This document shows, piece after piece, positions 19,576-27,787 of a stretch of 64,000 bases of DNA. The notes under the pieces were generated by a model, which was not told the DNA's origin, ran no database searches, and saw nothing but the letters and a program-made list of their open reading frames with translations. The translations under genes were made by a program, and so were the position numbers. Origin of the DNA: Escherichia phage phita32. Position 1 is the first letter of the stretch. The number at the start of each line of letters is the position of its first letter. The DNA lies in the sequence record PQ758395, one strand, 5' to 3'.

Positions 19576-19655
19576 GGCCCCTGTTGCCCCGGCTTGTTAT
19601 TATAGTATCACGCAGGACAAAGAAAGCAAGGATTTTTTGCATAAATTTTTAGACG

Positions 19656-19674
19656 ATAATGATAACCGTTCTCA
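19656..19674. promoter_or_regulatory. Fur-box-like site 2
   Basis: GATAATGATAAcCgTTcTC matches 16 of 19 positions of the Fur consensus. Confidence 0.3.
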
Positions 19675-20059
19675 TTCTATCTAGCGCCCATCCCCAGTGA
19701 TTGTCTCCCCCGTCACCAGGGCCTGCCGTCCTTTCGATAGGTATATTGTGCCACCTGGCGGGGCCGCTGTCAACACCTTTCAAAAAAAAAAAATTATAAC
19801 CAGGTGCGCCCACTGCCAGGACCTGGCGGGGCCAACCTGGCAGGTCCGCGCTATAAAGTGAACAGCTACAGAAGAGGTACAAAAATGAAAGGTAATGCTA
19901 CTCACCTGGAAAATAGTAATTGATGATACGGAAGCTATCGCCCTGGTCGAGAAGGCTAAAACTGAAGCACCGGAACATAAAGAAGAGTACGAAAAACGGT
20001 GGTGATCTGGCAGGGCGGCGGCAGGTGGATTCTATCATAAAAATAATTTAAAATAATTG

Positions 20060-20088
20060 TTGACAACCGGGGGAGTCCTGCTATTCTT
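20060..20088 (+). promoter_or_regulatory. sigma70-like promoter (TTGACA-17-TATTCT)
   Basis: -35 TTGACA 20060-20065; weaker -10. Confidence 0.4.
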
Positions 20089-20138
20089 ATCCTACAAGGT
20101 GAACAACACCGCACTAACTAGTAAAGAGGATAAAAATC

Positions 20139-20351
20139 ATGAACGCATACGGAATCAAAGTACGTCGCAACACTCGCCAGGTGGTAACCGATCAAGTGGT
20201 TTGCCTGGTGGATGTAACCATCAACAACGGGCAAGGCCTTTATAAATTTCGTCGCGGTCATAGTTATACCCTGCAACAGCTTAACCGTTGCGCCCTGACA
20301 AAAGGTCAGATCAACCACTGGTTTAATAAAAAAATAAATATTGACATGTAG
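20139..20351 (+). CDS. hypothetical small protein
   Basis: ORF with AAGAGGA SD. Confidence 0.5.
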   Translation: MNAYGIKVRRNTRQVVTDQVVCLVDVTINNGQGLYKFRRGHSYTLQQLNRCALTKGQINHWFNKKINIDM

Positions 20352-20369
20352 TCTGAAACAAAATATACT
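20341..20369 (+). promoter_or_regulatory. sigma70-like promoter (TTGACA-17-TATACT)
   Basis: -35 20341-20346 overlaps the upstream stop; -10 TATACT 20364-20369. Confidence 0.55.
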
Positions 20370-20401
20370 AAAAGCACAAAAGACACTAAGAGGATAAAAT
20401 C

Positions 20402-20800
20402 ATGAAAACCACAACCTTTAATTTTGATAATGCTAACTTCTCTTTTTCTGATGTTAAGAACTGCCGCCGTGATCGCGGATTCTACAAGGCCTATAATCTG
20501 GTTGGCCTTGACGATGATAATAATTTGCACGAAGTGGCGGAGATCCGGTACTATGCCGCCGCCAGTGGTAACACTAACTACTGCGTTTTTTGGATACACG
20601 ACAACAAGAACAATAAGTACGGTTATACTGGCGGCAAGGCGAGCGGTCACGGTTATGATAAAGCCAACGCTGCACTTGAAAGCGCATTAAATGCCATGGG
20701 AATCACTGCTAACGGCTGGATCTATGAAGAAGAATTTTTGGCGGCACTTGCTGCCCACCTGGGCTATAAAAAGCACATTGTAACATGCGCCCACGAATAA
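20402..20800 (+). CDS. hypothetical protein
   Basis: ORF with AAGAGGA SD; Gly/Tyr-rich. Confidence 0.5.
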   Translation: MKTTTFNFDNANFSFSDVKNCRRDRGFYKAYNLVGLDDDNNLHEVAEIRYYAAASGNTNYCVFWIHDNKNNKYGYTGGKASGHGYDKANAALESALNAMGITANGWIYEEEFLAALAAHLGYKKHIVTCAHE

Positions 20801-20811
20801 AAAAAAAATAT

Positions 20812-20839
20812 TTGACACGCCACAAAATTTAAGTAGACT
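20812..20839 (+). promoter_or_regulatory. sigma70-like promoter (TTGACA-16-TAGACT) with leader hairpin
   Basis: -35 20812-20817, -10 20834-20839; GGCGGGAAACATCCCGCC hairpin 20849-20866 then CA-rich leader and SD. Confidence 0.5.
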
Positions 20840-20883
20840 ATATACAAAGGCGGGAAACATCCCGCCAACACAGAGGAAAAGCT

Positions 20884-21279
20884 ATGAATAAGAACGTACG
20901 CCGCATCATGAACGAACTGGCAAACGATGAAAAAATTATTGACATGCATTTGGTCAACATTTGCCGCCGTTGTGTAACATACAACAACCGCGCCGCAAAA
21001 GCGCGTGAGATGAACGCAAAAGGCACCTTAAAGCCCTTTCAGGTGGTTGTAAAATCTATAACTAATGCAGCAGGCCAGGCGCATGATCACAACAACGAGA
21101 GCACTAATATTGATCCGTCTTACGTAATGAAACGGATCCGGACTTGCAAGAATAAAGAGCAGGTGTATAACGTCATAGATTGGCTTGATTCCATGGGCGA
21201 CGTGGTTTACAATAGATTTTCTGCAGCTATTGAAATTCAGTTAGACAGGTTGGACGGGAAAGTACTAAAAACTTACTGA
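20884..21279 (+). CDS. hypothetical protein
   Basis: ORF with GAGGAAAAG SD. Confidence 0.5.
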   Translation: MNKNVRRIMNELANDEKIIDMHLVNICRRCVTYNNRAAKAREMNAKGTLKPFQVVVKSITNAAGQAHDHNNESTNIDPSYVMKRIRTCKNKEQVYNVIDWLDSMGDVVYNRFSAAIEIQLDRLDGKVLKTY

Positions 21280-21290
21280 GTTTATTTTTA

Positions 21291-21327
21291 GATGGCCTTG
21301 ACTCCAGGGCCATCAATAAAGTAAACT
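21291..21327 (+). promoter_or_regulatory. palindrome-embedded promoter (GATGGCC-TTGACT..-GGCCATC, -10 TAAACT), copy 1
   Basis: 7-bp inverted arms flank the -35; near-identical copies at 21912 and 25629. Confidence 0.45.
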
Positions 21328-21359
21328 AATCCCAGTTAAGCGAAAAAGGAGGCTTGAAG

Positions 21360-21479
21360 ATGAGCACTACACGCCAGCACACAAAGGTAACTATTATCGT
21401 TTGCATCATTGGTTATATCCTGGCGCAAATGTTGATGGGTAGCGCCAACGGTGTCGCAAAATTTTTCTTAAACTTTTAA
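21360..21479 (+). CDS. small hydrophobic peptide (39 aa, not in ORF track)
   Basis: ATG 21360 with AAAAAGGAGG SD; MSTTRQHTKVTIIVCIIGYILAQMLMGSANGVAKFFLNF. Confidence 0.4.
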   Translation: MSTTRQHTKVTIIVCIIGYILAQMLMGSANGVAKFFLNF

Positions 21480-21507
21480 TTGACAAGCTAACTTAGATCA
21501 GTATACT
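21480..21507 (+). promoter_or_regulatory. sigma70-like promoter (TTGACA-16-TATACT)
   Basis: -35 21480-21485, -10 21502-21507. Confidence 0.55.
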
Positions 21508-21558
21508 AAACACATAAACGGGAAAACTTCCCAGAACACACAAAAGGAGAAAAACACC

Positions 21559-21900
21559 ATGACTACTATGACCGCCGCAGAAAAAGCTATTCAGGTTGCA
21601 GCACTGAAAAAACAGATCGCAGACCTTGAGAACAAGATCGATAACTTTGAAATCGACGAGGACAAGTACGACGAAAACTATGATGAATGGTTAGACGAGA
21701 TCTACGGCGAAATTATGATCGGAAACATTTCTTTTCTTCCGTCGCGTATCCTCAAGGAGCTAGATCCTATCGCTTACCGCTGCGGATTTAGCGACTACAT
21801 CGACAGCCTGGATATTGAGGACGATGAAGAATACCAGGAATTACAGACAGAGTTGGAAGAAGCAAAAGAAGAGCTTGCAGAACTGGAAGAAAACGAGTAA
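21559..21900 (+). CDS. hypothetical acidic coiled-coil protein
   Basis: ORF with AAGGAGA SD; highly acidic C-terminus. Confidence 0.5.
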   Translation: MTTMTAAEKAIQVAALKKQIADLENKIDNFEIDEDKYDENYDEWLDEIYGEIMIGNISFLPSRILKELDPIAYRCGFSDYIDSLDIEDDEEYQELQTELEEAKEELAELEENE

Positions 21901-21911
21901 ATTTATTTTTA

Positions 21912-21948
21912 GATGGCCTTGACGCCAGGGCCATCGATAAAGTAAACT
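21912..21948 (+). promoter_or_regulatory. palindrome-embedded promoter, copy 2
   Basis: GATGGCC TTGACG CCAG GGCCATC .. TAAACT. Confidence 0.45.
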
Positions 21949-21989
21949 TTATACTGTTAACACTGAACTAATACAGAGGAGTTAAAACC

Positions 21990-22235
21990 ATGGCAGCACT
22001 AATCACCAAATACTATGCACCGACCAACACCAAAAGCGCACGCATCTTGGTAAAAGGATTCGGACGTAAAAAGGTTTACACCTGGGATTATGCCTTAGAC
22101 ATGGAAGACAACTACACCAACGCGATGACAGATTTTATTAATGAACTAAATAAACAGATCTTAACCAATTATAAGGTGACCGACATCGCCTATGTTGGGG
22201 AAGGTGGGATCTGTTTTGTCGGTATTGTCAAATAA
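21990..22235 (+). CDS. hypothetical protein
   Basis: ORF with GAGGAG SD. Confidence 0.5.
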   Translation: MAALITKYYAPTNTKSARILVKGFGRKKVYTWDYALDMEDNYTNAMTDFINELNKQILTNYKVTDIAYVGEGGICFVGIVK

Positions 22236-22247
22236 GCTGTTTTTCGG

Positions 22248-22267
22248 TGGCCCTGGTGGCAGGGCCA
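22248..22267. promoter_or_regulatory. variant palindrome TGGCCCTG-gtgg-CAGGGCCA
   Basis: 8-bp arm hairpin/operator followed by TATAAAG; related to the GATGGCC..GGCCATC family. Confidence 0.3.
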
Positions 22268-22309
22268 TCTATAAAGATAGTTTATTAACACCATGAAAGG
22301 AGAAAGTAC

Positions 22310-22663
22310 ATGATCAGTGGGGCTAGTTTTATTATTGGCGCTATTGCTACGGCTTTAATTGTAAACAAGATCCAGGATAAAAAGGAAAGAGGAAGTACCG
22401 ACCTTGCAGAATATCCATTTTGGACATTCAATGATAACGAAGATTATATTGTAAAGTATAAAAATAAAGAAGGTGACCAAGTAACACCGCGACCGATCCC
22501 GGCTTACAAGATGCAGGAAACACTATACCGCTTGGAGGCGGGAGGCGCAAAAATTGTGGACTTTTGGGGATACGATCACACAGATCAGGAAGTTATAAAG
22601 CGCCGTATCCGGGCTATTCAGGCCAATATTGAAGTTAGCAAGGGGGGAATATATGAAGATTAA
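22310..22663 (+). CDS. putative membrane-anchored protein
   Basis: N-terminal helix ISGASFIIGAIATALIVNKI; AAAGGAGAAAG SD. Confidence 0.5.
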   Translation: MISGASFIIGAIATALIVNKIQDKKERGSTDLAEYPFWTFNDNEDYIVKYKNKEGDQVTPRPIPAYKMQETLYRLEAGGAKIVDFWGYDHTDQEVIKRRIRAIQANIEVSKGGIYED

Positions 22664-22850
22664 TTTTGAGAAGATTGTAAAGCGATCTCATGATTCCGAA
22701 GAGCTGCCGGAACGCCGCCAGCGTAACAATAAACTGAATAAGCCAAAAAGATTTGGGAAGATCTGGCGGAATCATTATGATCGTAAATTGCCGGGCCTCC
22801 TTTTGGAACGTGAACGACAGGCGGAACGATACCGCCACAAAGGCAAATAA
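22653..22850 (+). CDS. hypothetical basic protein
   Basis: Start moved from track 22629 to ATG 22653 (AAGGGGGG SD); Arg/Lys-rich. Confidence 0.4.
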   Translation: MKINFEKIVKRSHDSEELPERRQRNNKLNKPKRFGKIWRNHYDRKLPGLLLERERQAERYRHKGK

Positions 22851-22859
22851 CAACCAACG

Positions 22860-22888
22860 CCCCGCTATTGTGCGGGGCTTTTTATTTC
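22860..22888 (+). terminator. rho-independent terminator
   Basis: GCCCCGC-tattgt-GCGGGGC followed by TTTTTATTT. Confidence 0.7.
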
Positions 22889-23008
22889 TATCCCGCCGAT
22901 AGCGCCCCTGGTTGGCCCCACAACGCCCTAAAGGCCCCCTACCTATGCAATCTCCTTTCTTAACCTGAAAACATCGTCAAAGGCCGTTTTAAAGCGTTAA
23001 AAATATTG

Positions 23009-23036
23009 TTGACATCTAAAATATTCTAGATATACT
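23009..23036 (+). promoter_or_regulatory. sigma70-like promoter (TTGACA-16-TATACT)
   Basis: -35 23009-23014, -10 23031-23036. Confidence 0.55.
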
Positions 23037-23071
23037 AATCACATCAAAGCGAGAAGTAAGGAGTAAACGCC

Positions 23072-23341
23072 ATGCGTAAATTGAAAAATTTTGATAAAGT
23101 CGATGTTGTCCTAAATAATTTTTACTACTGCAATAATAAAGCCGTTTGGTGGCGCGATAATTCCACCGATAAGGTTAAGGCGCGCTTTCTCCAAGGGTAC
23201 TGGCAAGGCCGTCCAGTGATTAAAATCCTGGGGCAATTGGTAGCGTTTAAAAATTGCCGCCGTGTTGACGACGTTGAAGAGATTTTAAACATTTTGCGCC
23301 ACAATAATTTAAAAATAGTGTTGACAAGTAAATATCGATAA
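23072..23341 (+). CDS. hypothetical protein
   Basis: ORF with AAGGAG SD. Confidence 0.5.
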   Translation: MRKLKNFDKVDVVLNNFYYCNNKAVWWRDNSTDKVKARFLQGYWQGRPVIKILGQLVAFKNCRRVDDVEEILNILRHNNLKIVLTSKYR

Positions 23342-23348
23342 GTATACT
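23321..23348 (+). promoter_or_regulatory. sigma70-like promoter (TTGACA-16-TATACT) with leader hairpin
   Basis: -35 23321-23326 inside 3' end of upstream gene; GGCGGGAAAACTTCCCGCC hairpin 23359-23377. Confidence 0.55.
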
Positions 23349-23405
23349 TAAACACACAGGCGGGAAAACTTCCCGCCACTAACAAAGAAAATAGGAGAAA
23401 ATATC

Positions 23406-24029
23406 ATGACCACCGTTAACATTACTACAGGTTACAATTTATCTTTCGACGTGCTGACCGACGAACAAAAAGAAAAAGCCGTTGAAATGGTCCGCGAAAG
23501 AGAAGAACACAGCGGGGATAACTTTTTTGCAGAAAGTGTAATTGAATACTATAAAGAGTATGTTTTTCCAGAGTACGGGCTTGAAGATACAGAGGTACAT
23601 TGGTCCGGCTTTTGGTGCCAGGGTGACGGCGCGTCAATCAGTGCTGAAAACGTGGACTTAGAAAAATTCTTGCGTAAAGTCAAGTCTCTGACTAAATTCC
23701 GCTCAATTCGCCACTTGTTCGGCACAATGCATGACGGGGAATTATCAGCCAGTGTTGAACGTGACACATACAGCCGCTATAGTCACGAAAACACTGTAAA
23801 CGGATACATCGATACTACTTGGCTAGACCTAACCGCCAAACAAGAAAACAAAGTGGAAGATTTGGAAGAGCTGATCACCGAGACGGTACGGGAGTTATCC
23901 CGCAAGGTTTACGTAGACTTGGAAGCGGCCTATTTGGAGCAATTCACATCTGAAAACTTGATCGGCCTTATCGAGGCCAATGATTGGCGGTTTGATGTCG
24001 ATGAATATGGTGAGATGACTTTTTCATAA
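23406..24029 (+). CDS. hypothetical acidic protein (207 aa)
   Basis: ORF with AGGAGAAAA SD; no motif assigned. Confidence 0.5.
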   Translation: MTTVNITTGYNLSFDVLTDEQKEKAVEMVREREEHSGDNFFAESVIEYYKEYVFPEYGLEDTEVHWSGFWCQGDGASISAENVDLEKFLRKVKSLTKFRSIRHLFGTMHDGELSASVERDTYSRYSHENTVNGYIDTTWLDLTAKQENKVEDLEELITETVRELSRKVYVDLEAAYLEQFTSENLIGLIEANDWRFDVDEYGEMTFS

Positions 24030-24037
24030 ATAAAGTG

Positions 24038-24065
24038 TTGCAATAACCTAAAAACCTGTTATATT
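24038..24065 (+). promoter_or_regulatory. sigma70-like promoter (TTGCAA-16-TATATT) with leader hairpin
   Basis: GGGGGCAAGACGTTTGCCCC hairpin 24075-24094. Confidence 0.45.
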
Positions 24066-24118
24066 AAAACTCAAGGGGGCAAGACGTTTGCCCCACACAA
24101 AACAAAGAGGAAAACATC

Positions 24119-24499
24119 ATGAAAAACACTACTAAAGCTATTGACACCGTTATGTTTAACCTGGTTACCTTTCGCGAGGATATGAAAGATCTTCCACGTG
24201 AAACAGTGTGCGACCATATCGAAAACTATCGCAAACTAATCAAAGAGTTGCCTTTAAAACGTGACCAGTATGCGGCTAACGCTATGCTTAACGCTATGAT
24301 CAAAAAGATGATCCAGTGTGATTTAACTCTGGCCTATGATTATGCAGGTGGTCGTTTTGCAGTATACAATCGGCCCGTGCCTGGTATGAGCACCACCGAA
24401 GAATTGCACGCGCTCAATCTAAAACAAGACGTGTGGGATAGTATGCCCCGCGTGGTGGTGTGGGCAGAAAGCGGAAAGATTTACGGCGATAATTTTTAA
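24119..24499 (+). CDS. hypothetical protein
   Basis: ORF with AGAGGAAAA SD. Confidence 0.5.
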   Translation: MKNTTKAIDTVMFNLVTFREDMKDLPRETVCDHIENYRKLIKELPLKRDQYAANAMLNAMIKKMIQCDLTLAYDYAGGRFAVYNRPVPGMSTTEELHALNLKQDVWDSMPRVVVWAESGKIYGDNF

Positions 24500-24509
24500 T
24501 CAGGTAACA

Positions 24510-24538
24510 GGCGGCGGCATATTTGCCGCCTTATTGTT
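24510..24538 (+). terminator. probable rho-independent terminator
   Basis: GGCGGC-atattt-GCCGCC then TTATTGTT. Confidence 0.55.
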
Positions 24539-24566
24539 AAACAGAACTGTAAAAGAGGTACATAGA

Positions 24567-24926
24567 ATGGAATTTATTATTCTGACTGTATTAGTTGCCT
24601 TGTTCAACGCCTGGATCGCTGGCAAGGTAGGCAGATCCGCTTTCTTATGGTTTATTATATCTATTTTCCTGGGAGTGGTTGCAACTATCATATTGGTTAT
24701 CCTTGCAATTGTTGACAAAGGTAATAATAGAAAGGGTAAAGTATTTTCCGACCTGTATGACGCACAAACGTTCGTCAACGCCTATTATGGTGATCTCCCG
24801 GTATCCCTACGCTGCAGCCTGGCACAACAGGTTTTTGATGAAGCTAAAACCAGAGATCAAGCCCATGAGATATGTTTAACTGAGGCGGATCGCCTATTTG
24901 AGAGGAATAGAAAATATGTGGGCTAA
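24567..24926 (+). CDS. putative membrane protein (two TM helices)
   Basis: Start moved from track 24534 to ATG 24567 (AAGAGG SD); helices IILTVLVALFNAWIAG and FLWFIISIFLGVVATIILVILAIV. Confidence 0.5.
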   Translation: MEFIILTVLVALFNAWIAGKVGRSAFLWFIISIFLGVVATIILVILAIVDKGNNRKGKVFSDLYDAQTFVNAYYGDLPVSLRCSLAQQVFDEAKTRDQAHEICLTEADRLFERNRKYVG

Positions 24927-25161
24927 CCGTTTAAATAACTCCGCGCTAATTAATCCCTTTAGTGAAGATTTGAAGCCAGCCGCCTGGCGTGATGGATTCA
25001 ATACCGAAGGATTTATTTTCAGGCCTGATCTTGAGGAATTTTATAACAATGGATCGAACAACGACAGAGATAATTTTTCTTGTGATGTGCGTAGCGATGG
25101 TACTCCTGGGGGCCATTGCAAACCACATCACTACTACCAGGGGGAAAGGGGGAGACGATGA
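24916..25161 (+). CDS. hypothetical protein (uncertain)
   Basis: ORF with GAGAGGAA SD; overlapping alternative-frame ORF 24989..25174 makes the assignment ambiguous. Confidence 0.25.
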   Translation: MWANRLNNSALINPFSEDLKPAAWRDGFNTEGFIFRPDLEEFYNNGSNNDRDNFSCDVRSDGTPGGHCKPHHYYQGERGRR

Positions 25162-25277
25162 CAACCAAGGATAAGCCCCGCACCGATAAGGCGCGCCGGG
25201 TTATGGTATGGCTTGAGATCATCGCCCTTGAAATATTGCTAGGCGTAGGGATGTACTTTATCGCTGTAAGTAACTAA
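25158..25277 (+). CDS. small membrane peptide (39 aa, not in ORF track)
   Basis: ATG 25158 with AGGGGGAAAGGGGGAG SD; MTTKDKPRTDKARRVMVWLEIIALEILLGVGMYFIAVSN; terminator follows. Confidence 0.4.
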   Translation: MTTKDKPRTDKARRVMVWLEIIALEILLGVGMYFIAVSN

Positions 25278-25282
25278 GAACG

Positions 25283-25310
25283 GCCCCCGATCATGGGGGC
25301 TTATCTTTTT
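25283..25310 (+). terminator. rho-independent terminator
   Basis: GCCCCC-gatcat-GGGGGC then TTATCTTTTT. Confidence 0.7.
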
Positions 25311-25332
25311 AAAAAATTTCCCTTCCAGGGTG

Positions 25333-25361
25333 TTGCAATCCGGTCCGCAATATGGATAATA
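25333..25361 (+). promoter_or_regulatory. sigma70-like promoter (TTGCAA .. GATAAT) with leader hairpin
   Basis: GGGGAGCTAATCCCC hairpin downstream; same architecture at 26149. Confidence 0.45.
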
Positions 25362-25416
25362 ACAATCAACGGGGAGCTAATCCCCACCAACACAAAAACC
25401 AGAAAGGAGAAACAAA

Positions 25417-25617
25417 ATGAGCAACAATATCCGCGTTATTAACTTCAAAAAAGAAGAAAAAATTGCCGTGCTGATTGACGGTCAAGAAATCTTCAAGGGC
25501 TATTATGAAGATCATCAAACGGCGATTAGTATCACTCGCGTGATCGGTTACCATAATTTCTACCCCCAAGGCGCTGAGGCAGCGGTTAAACGAATCAAAG
25601 AGATTGTAGGCCTGTAA
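25417..25617 (+). CDS. hypothetical small protein
   Basis: ORF with AAAGGAGAAA SD. Confidence 0.5.
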   Translation: MSNNIRVINFKKEEKIAVLIDGQEIFKGYYEDHQTAISITRVIGYHNFYPQGAEAAVKRIKEIVGL

Positions 25618-25628
25618 ATTTATTTTTA

Positions 25629-25665
25629 GATGGCCTTGACTCCAGGGCCATCAATAAAGTAAATT
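25629..25665 (+). promoter_or_regulatory. palindrome-embedded promoter, copy 3
   Basis: GATGGCC TTGACT CCAG GGCCATC .. TAAATT; near-identical to 21291 copy. Confidence 0.45.
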
Positions 25666-25707
25666 TTAATCGTGATAAAATAATCAGTGCAAAAAGGAGT
25701 AATGATC

Positions 25708-26007
25708 ATGTTCATACCCGCCAATAATCTTTATTTCTTTGATGGTCAAATCGTAGACGGTGTGGAGGTGGAGATCACCGGGTGCCCTGGTGGTCAGGTT
25801 ATGACTTTCCGGAATAATGCCTTTGATGATTCTCATATCGTTATGAGAATGGAAGTTAGTAAGCTAGATGATAAGAAAACATTGATTGACTATTCCGTCA
25901 AAGATCATCCAGACTACCACATGATCTATGGTGATTTGTGCATTGTTGACCGTGACAAGGTGGGCGGCATTGTGATCGCTATTGTGAACGATGTTTTCTC
26001 TGTATAG
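25708..26007 (+). CDS. hypothetical protein
   Basis: Start moved from track 25687 to ATG 25708 (AAGGAG SD 8 nt upstream). Confidence 0.5.
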   Translation: MFIPANNLYFFDGQIVDGVEVEITGCPGGQVMTFRNNAFDDSHIVMRMEVSKLDDKKTLIDYSVKDHPDYHMIYGDLCIVDRDKVGGIVIAIVNDVFSV

Positions 26008-26065
26008 TTCCGGTAAATGATGCAAAATAAGGCCCCTAGCAGGGCCTGCAGCGATATAATCACAT

Positions 26066-26100
26066 AAAGGCCATGCAACCGCATGGCCTTTATTATTTTG
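26066..26100 (+). terminator. rho-independent terminator
   Basis: AAAGGCCATGC-aacc-GCATGGCCTTT then ATTATTTTG. Confidence 0.6.
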
Positions 26101-26148
26101 GCGTTACAGCGGCCCCCAAGGTGCTTAAAAAATTTTTTAAAGAAGTAC

Positions 26149-26177
26149 TTGCATCAAGCCCTACAATATGGATAATA
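26149..26177 (+). promoter_or_regulatory. sigma70-like promoter (TTGCAT .. GATAAT) with leader hairpin
   Basis: GGGGGCGGCCCCC hairpin downstream. Confidence 0.45.
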
Positions 26178-26232
26178 GGACGTGTCGGGGGGCGGCCCCC
26201 AATCATTAACCGGATAGATAGGAGTTAAAATC

Positions 26233-26517
26233 ATGGCTATTGTTACCGTTGGCGATGTAGTAGAAATGGAAGCAAAATACTTAAAAGCGGGTATGCATAT
26301 CCTACGGAATGATCAAGAGTTACTATTAACGATGGTCGACTATAATCCCGGCCAGGATTATCCAAGCATCGACTACTTTTTTGAGTATGTTGATGAAGAG
26401 TTGAAAGAGGATGAGGCCTATTGCGGTGAGTTCTGCAACTTCTTTTGTCCTGATGAGGTTGTAAAGGTTATTTATCAACCTGGCGTAGCTTTCCCGCTGC
26501 ACGCTATCAATAAATAA
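26233..26517 (+). CDS. hypothetical protein
   Basis: ORF with AGGAG SD. Confidence 0.5.
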   Translation: MAIVTVGDVVEMEAKYLKAGMHILRNDQELLLTMVDYNPGQDYPSIDYFFEYVDEELKEDEAYCGEFCNFFCPDEVVKVIYQPGVAFPLHAINK

Positions 26518-26582
26518 ACCTGGCGGGGCCGAAAAGGCCCCTACAGCATAAAATCATAAAAAATAAAGAGAGGCAAATCATC

Positions 26583-26816
26583 ATGATGGAACAAATTAAA
26601 CGCGCCGAGGCTATTAATGGCAATGTGATCTATTTTGTTAGCAATAACGAAAAAGGCGTACCATATGCAGCGGTAATAGTGCAGCCTGACGGCGATTATT
26701 GGTTTACTGTATACGGATCTTATTCTTTCGGGCGTCCGGTGCATGATAGAATTTTAAAAGTAGCTAATCCAACCGGGAAGAATATCACAGCAGAAAAATT
26801 TTTTGAAAATAGTTGA
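26583..26816 (+). CDS. hypothetical protein
   Basis: ORF with AGAGAGG SD; GGGGCCGAAAAGGCCCC hairpin upstream. Confidence 0.5.
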   Translation: MMEQIKRAEAINGNVIYFVSNNEKGVPYAAVIVQPDGDYWFTVYGSYSFGRPVHDRILKVANPTGKNITAEKFFENS

Positions 26817-26840
26817 CATGACCGTATAAGACTGTAGTAT
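26813..26840 (+). promoter_or_regulatory. sigma70-like promoter (TTGACA-16-TAGTAT) with leader hairpin
   Basis: -35 overlaps stop of upstream gene; GGGGGCAAGCCCC hairpin 26851-26863. Confidence 0.55.
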
Positions 26841-26889
26841 ATAAATCAAAGGGGGCAAGCCCCACCAACCACAAAGAGGATAAAAAATC

Positions 26890-27069
26890 ATGGCTATTAT
26901 TGCAAAGACCGAGATTTTAGGTTTAGATTCTATTCTCCTGGCATACGAGGAAGCTATAGAAATGTATGTGGTTTCCTATGGTGAGTATATCCGTGAATAT
27001 GAATCTATTGATCTAGCTTTTGAATGTTATATTCACCAGGTAAATAAGGCATATGATGATTATCGTTAA
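26890..27069 (+). CDS. hypothetical small protein (59 aa, not in ORF track)
   Basis: ATG 26890 with AAGAGGATAAAAAA SD. Confidence 0.4.
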   Translation: MAIIAKTEILGLDSILLAYEEAIEMYVVSYGEYIREYESIDLAFECYIHQVNKAYDDYR

Positions 27070-27151
27070 AATAGTTTGACAACAGTCAACAATCTGGTAA
27101 AGTGTACTACATAGCGCGGGAATACTTCCCGCCATTAATGAGGGTAATTTA

Positions 27152-27298
27152 ATGAAAACTTTCAACGCAACGGCCTCGACAATTGGTTATATTATTACAG
27201 TACAAGCCGTGGATCTGGTAGCAGCAGCAAACAAGATTAAAAAGATGATTCCGCCAGGCAGTGAATTTTCCGTTTGGGAAGTAAAAAATAAATCTTGA
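27152..27298 (+). CDS. hypothetical small protein (48 aa, not in ORF track)
   Basis: ATG 27152 downstream of GCGCGGGAATACTTCCCGCC leader hairpin and GAGGGTAA SD. Confidence 0.35.
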   Translation: MKTFNATASTIGYIITVQAVDLVAAANKIKKMIPPGSEFSVWEVKNKS

Positions 27299-27322
27299 CG
27301 ATAATTTGTTATCTGATAGAAT
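27295..27322 (+). promoter_or_regulatory. sigma70-like promoter (TTGACG-16-TAGAAT) with leader hairpin
   Basis: GGGCG..CGCCC hairpin 27335-27358. Confidence 0.5.
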
Positions 27323-27382
27323 GTATTTCGTAGGGCGGGGAAATAAGGCAACGCCCCACATCAACCGGAAGAGGAAAACAAG

Positions 27383-27619
27383 ATGAGTATTGCGACAATA
27401 TTAACCGCTGTTAAAACCGCTGAACGTTCCGGCCTGCAAGTTGAGATTATAGATCAACCAGGTGGCGATCTCCTTGTCCAAGTTTACCCGCCGAAAGTAG
27501 GGGATGATTATTATTGGTGTTATTCTGATACGTTCGAACAAGTAGACACGAAAGCAATAACCGCCTTTATTTTAAAAGCCGTTGAAGAAAATAACTTGCA
27601 CAATAACGTCAATCAATAA
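27383..27619 (+). CDS. hypothetical protein
   Basis: ORF with AAGAGGAAAA SD. Confidence 0.5.
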   Translation: MSIATILTAVKTAERSGLQVEIIDQPGGDLLVQVYPPKVGDDYYWCYSDTFEQVDTKAITAFILKAVEENNLHNNVNQ

Positions 27620-27673
27620 ACCATAAGCGAAGTGGTAACGCCCCATTAAACGCAATAGAAAGAGGATAACTAC

Positions 27674-27778
27674 ATGAAACAGAAATTAATTGATGCGGTG
27701 ATCCTGGTTATTGCCCTAGGTATTGGCCTGATTGCAACCATGGCTAATATGATCTTGTCTTCCAACGGTATCGGATAA
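27674..27778 (+). CDS. small membrane peptide (34 aa, not in ORF track)
   Basis: ATG 27674 with AAGAGGATAA SD; MKQKLIDAVILVIALGIGLIATMANMILSSNGIG. Confidence 0.35.
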   Translation: MKQKLIDAVILVIALGIGLIATMANMILSSNGIG

Positions 27779-27787
27779 GGTGGGCAA

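Noticed and set aside
19649-19882. 77-aa minus-strand ORF
   Set aside because: TTG start without SD, Pro/Gly-rich low-complexity translation of a GC-rich repeat; likely non-coding.
21281-21330. Palindromic GATGGCC..GGCCATC elements as rho-independent terminators
   Set aside because: The T-run precedes the hairpin and an A-rich tract follows it on the coding strand, and there are no genes on the opposite strand here; more consistent with a promoter/operator.
23406-24029. Anti-restriction (ArdA/Ocr-like DNA mimic) assignment for the acidic 207-aa protein
   Set aside because: Acidic composition only; no alignable similarity to ArdA or Ocr sequences that I can recall, so not called.
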